Shown in pieces: positions 23,028-31,600 of a DNA stretch of 32,910 bases. The notes under the pieces are model-generated. The model saw nothing but the letters and a program-made list of their open reading frames with translations, was not told the origin of the DNA and did not search any database. Numbering within the stretch: the stretch's first letter is position 1; each line of letters begins with the position of its first letter. The DNA lies in NCBI GenBank assembly GCA_964014905.1, contig CAXHCG010000002.1:1-32910 (forward strand). Reading direction: 5' to 3'. The DNA comes from an uncultured Candidatus Poseidoniales archaeon (GTDB lineage Archaea > Thermoplasmatota > Poseidoniia > Poseidoniales > Poseidoniaceae). The position numbers were made by a program, and so were the translations under genes.

Positions 23028-25628
23028 TTACTCATGACGAATCCACTCGCCTTCGGGTGTCACTTCCCAATATTGGAGTTCCTCGGAGACGTCGACGTAC
23101 CAACCTGTCTGGCCTTGGACAGTGGAGGGTGTTGCCTGCATCACGCCGATTTTGCCGGCTTCAAGTGCGAGATCCTTCATCGATTCAAGGGTCAAGCCAT
23201 GGCGCTCATGAAGGGGCGTGTTGTCCTCAACAGGTGATTCTACGATCTCGTCTTCATCCGCATCATCGTCGTACTCATCGTCATCAAAAGCGTCCTCAAG
23301 CCACTCCTCATCGGAAGCCTCTGCAGCCCTTCGGGTGAGGGTGATGAGAACGGCTAGAAGAAGAACGAGAAGGATGGCTGCCATGGTCATGGCGGTGTTG
23401 GTTGAACCGACCGCTCCACCGAGCAGAACCTCCTCAACATCGAAGAAGTTTTGAGCCAAAAGACCACTCCAACGGACCGTGCAAGAACGATCAGTGCCTC
23501 CATTTTGAATGTCAACCTCCCACGTACCGTTGGTGACGAAGCTGGTTGGTCCTGTTGTGCATGATACACTGGCGTTGGCCTTTGGAATGCTCAACGTGTT
23601 GCCGTATTCATCGGTCGCAAAAGCATTCAACAAAACGATGTCTCCTTCAGCGAGAATGGAGCGGCTTAGACTGGCTTGAATGCGAACAGGGGAACCAGGT
23701 TCAATGGTGAGTGGGATGGTGTGAACGGCACCTTCGTCTTCGAGAATGAGCGAATATGTTCCGACCTGTTTGCCGGTGAATTGCCAATATCCAAGTCCTG
23801 TAGGTGAGGCTGTCAATTCCCCAAACGAAGCGTTCAAGCTTGAGGTCACAGATACCGATTCGGCAACGTTGCCGTGGACGTCAACCACCTGAATAAAGAG
23901 GTCCTGCGGCAGTCCAGCCTTCACCACCAACCCCTCGTCAGCATCCGTGATCAACCCGTAAGCGTTGCCGGCCACGACCGTCAAACGAACGGTTGCAAAG
24001 ACACCGTCCGCATTCACTCGAATCTCATGACCGCCGACAGTCGTCGCCGTCCAGCGCCCGTTGTTGAGGAGCATCTCAAGGGTGATGTCATCACCGTCAA
24101 GGGTCCAATTGAGCGCAATGGAGTTCAGTTCGTTGGAGTAGGCATCGAAAAACATAGGATTCAGGTCCAAGGACCCGTCAGCCGGGACTCGGTCTCCTTC
24201 GCCTTCAAGCGTGATGAAGGCCAACCTTCCTGGCCGAACCTCAAACGATGCATCGGTCGTGAACATCGCCCCAGTGGCGTTGTCGAACCAACTTCCTTCA
24301 ATCCGCCATGATTGAACGCGCTCGGCTTGGAGGAGCGCATACGACGTATCGAGAACGAGTTCTTCCGTATCGCCCATGGTCGGTTCAATGGTCCCGTCAA
24401 CCACCCAACGGTTTCCTTTGATGTCCTCGGCTACAAGTTCGATCACAACCTGATCGCCTGCTGATGGATTCCGAGGTTCAAGTTGGAGCTTGATGTCAAT
24501 GGCCCTGCCATGGAGAACATCCAGATCCAACGAACTGCTCACCGTACCGTCCGTGCCCGTGATGGTCGCTGGACCGGTCGCAGACGGATTCCAGAACACA
24601 CGCTGATTCTCATCCACAGAAAGCCCTCCAGAAGAGGCCGTAAGAGCGTGAATCGAGGGTGAAACCATACCGATGTACCCGTTCACATCTCTTCGCTCAA
24701 ACATCAGTTCATAGGATTCACCGGCCAAAAATTCCGCTGGTGAATCAACCACCATGAGGGTAGAGGCAACAGCATCGCCGGGAATCACATGGAGTGTCGT
24801 GCTCCCCGTAATGTTGCCTGAAGAGACCGTTATCAGCCATCGACCGGTGTTCGTAGCAAGGTATTCACCCTGGGCATTGAACGAACCGTTTTCTGCAAAC
24901 CAAGACAGTGAACCAACCTTCGAGAGCGGCATGTCATAGCCGTTGATGTCAACAAGAGAGGGGCGAATCGTTTGCAGCGTTCCGGCTCTCACAACAAGGG
25001 GTTCATCGAACACAAAGGAGTGAGGAGCCCCTGCGATGACATCGATGGCCGCCCGAGATTCGAGTTGGTTGTAGCGCACCCGAGCTTGGACTTCACCGAG
25101 TTCTTCGGCCGTCCACGATGGTTGACCATGACCAGCGTAATCGCCGTTGATATCCCAAACCATGGATGATGGCCCAACCATGCGGTTTCCTCGTCCGTCA
25201 AGAACATCCGCAGTGAGGGTGGTTGGTTCCAAAACACCGACAGAACGTGTCGTAATCTCAATGGATGTGGGTACCCCTGGATTCACAGAGATGTTGGTAC
25301 TCGCTATCAAACCATTGTGTTCCGCTGTAATTTCAATCAAACCTGCCGACCAGGGGTAAAACAGACCGTCTTCGGAAATCGTCCCGTTGCTGACCGACCA
25401 AGACACGTCCCCGGTCAGCACGTTGTTGACCGGGTCGTAGATAATGGCCTCAAACAACACCACTTCATCGGCTGAGATGGAGGTTGGGGCAGCATCTATT
25501 ACAACACGGTCGGCAGTTCCTGAACGCATTGAAACGCTGGCGTCCCCCAAAAGTGAAGGCACCGTTGTTGACCATGTCCCGAGGAGGACAAGCCCAACAA
25601 GAACGGCGCAAGCCTTCGGGAACGACAC
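23028..25628 (-). CDS. Type-I surface protein with tandem Big_2-like Ig domains, C-terminal TM, acidic tail and a Trp-rich terminal motif
   Basis: 866 aa. GTG start with GAGGT 9 nt upstream, overlapping the stop of the giant gene. The signal peptide is MSFPKACAVLVGLVLLGTWS. Repeated units follow the Big_2 pattern ...DVSWSVSNGTISEDGLFYPWSAGLIEITAEHNG.... The TM helix is AMTMAAILLVLLLAVLITLT, followed by RRAAE, DEEWLEDAFDDDEYDDDADEDE, and a C-terminal GWYVDVSEELQYWEVTPEGEWIRHE. Confidence 0.87.
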   Translation of the reverse strand: MSFPKACAVLVGLVLLGTWSTTVPSLLGDASVSMRSGTADRVVIDAAPTSISADEVVLFEAIIYDPVNNVLTGDVSWSVSNGTISEDGLFYPWSAGLIEITAEHNGLIASTNISVNPGVPTSIEITTRSVGVLEPTTLTADVLDGRGNRMVGPSSMVWDINGDYAGHGQPSWTAEELGEVQARVRYNQLESRAAIDVIAGAPHSFVFDEPLVVRAGTLQTIRPSLVDINGYDMPLSKVGSLSWFAENGSFNAQGEYLATNTGRWLITVSSGNITGSTTLHVIPGDAVASTLMVVDSPAEFLAGESYELMFERRDVNGYIGMVSPSIHALTASSGGLSVDENQRVFWNPSATGPATITGTDGTVSSSLDLDVLHGRAIDIKLQLEPRNPSAGDQVVIELVAEDIKGNRWVVDGTIEPTMGDTEELVLDTSYALLQAERVQSWRIEGSWFDNATGAMFTTDASFEVRPGRLAFITLEGEGDRVPADGSLDLNPMFFDAYSNELNSIALNWTLDGDDITLEMLLNNGRWTATTVGGHEIRVNADGVFATVRLTVVAGNAYGLITDADEGLVVKAGLPQDLFIQVVDVHGNVAESVSVTSSLNASFGELTASPTGLGYWQFTGKQVGTYSLILEDEGAVHTIPLTIEPGSPVRIQASLSRSILAEGDIVLLNAFATDEYGNTLSIPKANASVSCTTGPTSFVTNGTWEVDIQNGGTDRSCTVRWSGLLAQNFFDVEEVLLGGAVGSTNTAMTMAAILLVLLLAVLITLTRRAAEASDEEWLEDAFDDDEYDDDADEDEIVESPVEDNTPLHERHGLTLESMKDLALEAGKIGVMQATPSTVQGQTGWYVDVSEELQYWEVTPEGEWIRHE

Positions 25629-25640
25629 TTCATCACGACC

Positions 25641-28600
25641 TCATTCTGAGTATTCTTGCCATTCCTCTTCGCCGGCAAGACGGAACCACCAGGTTCCTTC
25701 TTCGTCTTCCCACCATTCGGTTCCGTCTTCATCAACGTTGGTTTCAATGGCCTCTTCCTCAGGCTCGTCTTCGGAGTGTTCTTCAGGAGGAGGTCCGCTT
25801 GGTCCAGGGGCAGGACCACTTGGACCAGGGGCAGGACCGGATGGTCCCGGAGCAGGACCGGTGGGACCCGGTGCCGGACCCGTGGGTCCAGACGGACGAT
25901 CATCATCGTCGTCATAGTCGTCATCATCGTCCCAGTCGTCTAAACGGCCACCGCGCATGAACATCACACCCAGACCAAGAAGAACCAACGCCACAACACC
26001 GAGCAGCCCAGCGCCAACGTAGTACAGCGTACCACCGGCTTCGAAGAAGCCGGCGAGCGTGCCTTCAACGGTGATTTCTTTGTTCACCCGTTCGGCTCCA
26101 ACACTGACCGTGATGGTTTGTGGCCCGTCGTCAAGGGTCGTGATGGTCCAGAGGTCCGAGGAAGTCATCGTGGCTGTGGCGCGTCCTGTCGCTTCAACCT
26201 GAATGCTTCCAGGAACGGGAATCTCGTTGTCAAAGGCGTCAAAGGCTCGAATGCTGACATCAAGACTTGTGAGTTGTTCAAGCGATTCGGTGCTGAGATT
26301 TACGTCCAGCCGGGCAACGATGCTCTGTGCCGAGACGGTGATTTCGGTGGTCGAAACTGCTCCTCCAACGGCGTATTGCAAGGTGTGGACACCCGCAACT
26401 TGTGCGTCATAGGTGTACGTTCCTTCAGACGTAGTAATGATGCTTAGCGTCGGTACTACACCGCCGTTCTCGGTCCACTCGACGTCTTGTGCAAACTGAT
26501 TGCCGTCGGCATCGGTTCCCGTGACTTGAATGTCAACGCGGTCGCCTGCTGTGGGCGTCGCCAGCGAAACATCGGCCTCCACCGTTACCGCTTCTCCATG
26601 AAGAACGGTGATGGTGATGCCATCCGAGATGTTGAATCCGGTTCCGCTGATGGAATACGCCTCAATGCGCCATTCACCGACGGCCGATGCTTCCCATCGC
26701 ATGCCGTCAAGCAGCAACTGTGTCGTGATGTCTTGCACATCGCCAGTGTCCACGTTCACTTCCACCCACGTGAGTTCATCAGAAGCAATACGGTTGGTAT
26801 CGGTATCGTAGAGGTCAGAGAGGAAATCAACGGCGAAATCCGAAGTCAATTCAAACACGGCCCCTGTGGACCGATCCGGGTCATTGGCCGTCCCTTGGAT
26901 GCTTACCGTGTGAAGGAATCCATGGTCGACGGTCATGTTGATGCTGACGGCATGCACGGTGGTGCCGGCGTCATAGGTTGCTGTGAGCATGTAGGGCTCA
27001 TCGCTGGCAAAGTACGGCGTGAAGGTCGTTGAATCGCCGTTCAGCACCTCAAGGAAACTCGACGAATCACCCATGCCTGGATGGTCAAGGGTCCAATTAA
27101 CAACAATGGCCCATTGATTTCCTTTGGCGTCAATGGCGAAAACATCCGCCTCTAAGGTCTCGTCGGCCGTGAGGTCAAAGTGTGCCCAAGTCGAGATTAC
27201 ATCGTCAACCTCAAGCCGCAGTGTTTGGATTTCTCCCTTCACGACATCGATGGTGATTTGCGTCAAGGTGGTCTCATACCGAGCCTCAAGAATCTTTGAA
27301 CCGGTCTTCACCGGGTCCCAGATAGCGGGGGCACCCGGCGTTAACTGCCCGTCAGAGGTCTTGGTCCAGTTGTCTGCGGGCAAAACGACCGAGAGACGGT
27401 TGCCTCTCACGTCAACGCGTGTGGTGTTGATGTAGACGCGGTCGTCGGCCGTGATGGACGTTGAGGACGTGTTCAATTCGAGGTAGTCAATCGCACCGTA
27501 GCCGACGGTAATCTGCAATTCAGCCATGGCTCCGGAAACCGACGTCAAGTTCAGCCACCAAACACCGACGTGGTCGGGGAAATACTCCTGGTTCACTTCT
27601 GAATAATTTCCGTTGGTGGTCGTCCATGTCAAGTTGCCCGCACTGGATACGTCGAGGTCGTTGCCGAATTGGTCGTAAAGGTCAATCGTGATGGCACACC
27701 AGACACCGGCCGGAACCGTGCCTTCACAGCCACCCAACACAAAGTAGGCGGGGGAGCCGGGAAGAACGGTGATCGCCACATCAACAAACTCACCCGACGG
27801 TACATCGTGAGCGACGCGTACACTGTGAGCGCCTGCGGCGTAGGGCTGGAAGACTGAGCCAAGCATGCTTCCGTTGGTCGGTGTGAACAGAATGGGTTCA
27901 CTGAGCACCATGTTGCCGTGCTGGTCAACCATGTGCGCAGTTATTTCCAAGGTTTCGTCGGCCGTGATGGTAGCCGTCAGGGGTGAGACGACAAGCTCGG
28001 TCGGTGCGCCCGCTGTGACGGTGATGTTTTGATGACCGCACACCAACCCGAAACAGGACGTGATGGTCACATTGCCTGCGGAGTTTGGCGTAAACAATCC
28101 GTTGCTGCCAATGTTGCCAGAAGAAGAAGACCATGTCATCGGTGGTGCTTGCACCATCGAAAGGTGATCATACGCAACGGAATTGAAATTCACGGCGGTG
28201 TCGGCGTCGGTGGTCTGCGCCCCGGTCGGACTGATGGAAACACTGGTGATGTTTGTGGTGTTGAACAACACCTGAGGACGGTTTATGGTTGAGGTTCCGG
28301 AATAGAACGATGCGTGAGCGTATCCGGTGTTTGGCGTGGCGATGATGGTCCATGCTTGCTGATTGGTGATGGTCATGCCAAGCGTGCTGACGTCGAACCA
28401 AATCCAACCTTCTGTGTCAACGTTGACCACGGTGGTTGAAACCGCAGAAGCGTAATCCACGCCGGCTTGCATACCGGGAGCACCCCAGGTTCCACCTGCA
28501 GTCGTCCCGTTCCACGTTGCCGAGGCCTGGCCCCAATTTGCGTTTGTAATGGGATGGACGCTAAAGGACACCGAAGTAGCTCCTTGAACCGATTCCCATG

Positions 28601-31600
28601 ACTCAACGTAGAGGCCCAAGGAAGCGGAGTGAACGTTTTGGTACATGGGGAACGGGATTTGAGCGGCGTTCAAGGCGACGTTGATTCGGCACTCATCGGT
28701 CCAAAGCGTTCCACAATAGGTGCCCGTGCTGATGGTCGGTTCACCGGCAAAATTGGTGTTTGCATATTCGCTGTACAAGGCTGTGTCCTGAACGTTGGTG
28801 TGGCCAAAGGCCGCTACTTCATTCCCGGTTTGGAATTCGTAGGTGTAGGTGTAGTCGTTGTTGTATTGCTGATTCGGATCGCCGATAGCAAAACTCCATC
28901 GCGACGAGGAGGGCCCCGGGATGGACTGGTTCACGCCTTGGACCCACCATGAGAAGAGCTGCCCCTCGCTCAAGTTTCTGGCAAACCGGAAGGTGGTGTT
29001 GGTGATTTCGGAATCCTCCCATGAACGGAACTTGTACACACCCGTTTCGTTGGCGATGGTCACGATGTATCCGGTTGCTCCGCTCACCGGCGTCCATGAA
29101 AGGGCCGGCTGAGTTGAAGCGATGAGCAAACCGTTGGTCTCCCCGTAAAGGACCTCGCCATCGGCAGGGCTGTTGAGGGACGGCTGACCTGGCGGGACGA
29201 TGCCGTTCACGTTGTCGACGTAATCCAACACGAGGTGCGGCCGATAAGCTGGATTCGAATATTCCGATGAGTAGAAGCTGTGAGATGAACCCGTTGAGCC
29301 CACCATGGCGAGCATGAAGGTCATCGTCGTGTTCCCGTTTGCGATGTTGGATTGGGCGAGGCTTGTCAAATCCCATTCCATCCAACCAAACGGATTGGTC
29401 AATGTCAAGGTGGAGCGCGTGATTTCACTCGTTGAACACAGAGGTGCTGTAGCCCAGACCACGCTTGATTCTGTGAAGCCGCTGCAAGGGTAGGCGGCGA
29501 TCGTGGTGGAGGAGGTGCCGGAAACACCGGGCTGATACAAACGGAGCATCATTTGCGTCGGCGTCATGGCAGAGGGCCATGGAATGTTGGTCAAGTCAAA
29601 CTCCATGAGAACGCGGCTTTGACCGGTTCCCAGAGCGTTAATGCCAAGCACCATTGTGGTTGAACCGCCACGATTGACGGTGGCGTTGGAATCAATTTCA
29701 ACGTCGAGAACGGTGGGTAGCAATCCCGTGGTTTCAAAGATGGAACCGCGAGAAAGGTTCACTGTGTTGTTTCCGTTTCCATCATCGCTGCCTTGGTCGA
29801 CAGGGATCCGAAGTTTATTCACCGACGACCATTCTCCAATCCGGTCGCCCTGATCGGCACGAATCCGCCAATATTGCCACAAATCGCCCTTGTAGAGCTC
29901 AGCATCGTTGTAGGTGTTGTTGAGGAAGTCGAACGTGTCGTTGCCGTAGGCGCCCGACATGATTTCCTCGTGCGTCCAGCAGGTGGTGAGTTCTTCGTTG
30001 AGGAACCACGGATCGATACCGCCGCACGCTGCGATTTGAGTGTGATTTGAGTAGGTGAGATTCCAAGTGAAATCCGTGCTGTTCATTCCGGAAGGCAATG
30101 CTTTGGTCAAGTCCCAAAGGGTCGTGCCATCTGCAGGAAGGAGGCCGGTTGGTTGGCTTGGCGTCCATGCATCGATGGTTCTGTAGGTCAAGTTGAGCCG
30201 GGGGCGGAGGTCAATGGAAGTTGCATCGCTCGAAGCAAAGGAGACACGTCCTGCCACGCCGTTGTTCCGTTCCACCGGGAACAGAACGACATCAAGCTCT
30301 GCCGAATTGCGAGCCAGAGCGTGTTGGACAAGTCCTGTTACGTTGAAGGCAACCGTTCCAGAGCTGTTGACCCACTGAGCGGGGTTGAAGGGTACGTCAA
30401 AGTCGTCACCCGAATATCCACCGCTTGCAGCCCATGTTGAGTTGTTGCCTGCTGGGTAGGCGAACACCGAAGATTCACTCCACGCAGAGGTTGTTTCCCC
30501 AACAGCAATGAGCGTGGATTGGTAGGTATTGTAGGCGCTGAGTTCTAAACTGGCGTCTATAACTTCGTACGTCCCGGGGAGAGGGAGGCCACTGAAATCC
30601 ATGTTCAAGAGACTCATTGAGCGGAGATTTTGATTGCTGGTTGATACTGAACTTCGGCCCACAAAGAGGGCGGAGGATGAACCGCGGTTGGTGTAGATGT
30701 TTCCGGTATCGAGGTAGGTGTCGTACATCACGTTTGGATAACTGAGCGATGGCACGATGGCCCCTTCTTGGATTGAGAGGTTCGCATAGGTACTGTTGAT
30801 TTCTTCACCGAAGTCATTGGGGAGATAAAACACCGTGGACGTGCTTCTGGGTCCCAGCATGCCGTTGTTCATCGGTTGAACCATCCAGCGGATTTCTTGA
30901 GCGAAATCCAATTCCTGCGGGGGGGTAAATGTGCGATTGGTGACGTCGAAGTCGGCGGTTGCCACACGGGAATCATAGGTGTACAATCCTGCCATGTCAT
31001 CGTTGGCGTCAGCCTGCATGAACACGCGCCAGCCGGTGACTGTGGTCGAGCCGCTGTAGGTCCAACTGAAGGTTGGCAAGCGGTCAGCCATGAGGGCGTG
31101 AGAGGTCGTATCCCAGACGATGGCGGCGTTGTTTGGTCCTGCATTCACTCCGCTCACGGTTGGGGTTGCGACGGTTCCATCTTCCCAAACCAGCGTCAAG
31201 TAGGGACGCTCACTGGCGCTTCCTTCGGTGGATGTGAAGGTGATTTCGTCGGTGGTTTGGCTTGAAGCATAGACCATCAACGACACGTGATTGTGCCCCG
31301 CAGCGAGGGCGGCTTGAACGGCCTCGGTAACGTCAAAATCCATCCAGTCATCAGCAACACTGTCGACCAAGTCCACATAGCCACCCACGTCCGTACCGAT
31401 GCCTCGTCCACCAAGCTGATTCCAAGCGTTGGTGCCGTCGTAGGTTGTGCCGTTGGCCGATGTGGTCCAAGGTTGGAGGACGGGTCGAATGGCGACTGGC
31501 TCGTCTTCGATTGATCCGTACTCAGAAAATAAACTGAGTTCGGCGCCGGTAACACGAGCGCCAGCCGGCTGTGGAACTTCGTTTAACGGTATGCGAAGAA

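Noticed and set aside
25785-25895. Possibility that the 21-nt periodic repeat is a CRISPR-like array or minisatellite
   Set aside because: The units are contiguous with no spacers, in frame inside a long CDS, and the peptide is conserved. This is a protein-coding tandem repeat.
25444-25960. Plus-strand ORFs encoding a collagen-like GPLGPGAGPLGPGAGPDGPGAGPVGPGAGP stretch
   Set aside because: They are the antisense reading of the (GPxGPAP)5/poly-Asp region of the giant minus-strand gene. The glycine/proline periodicity is a mirror artefact of that repeat.
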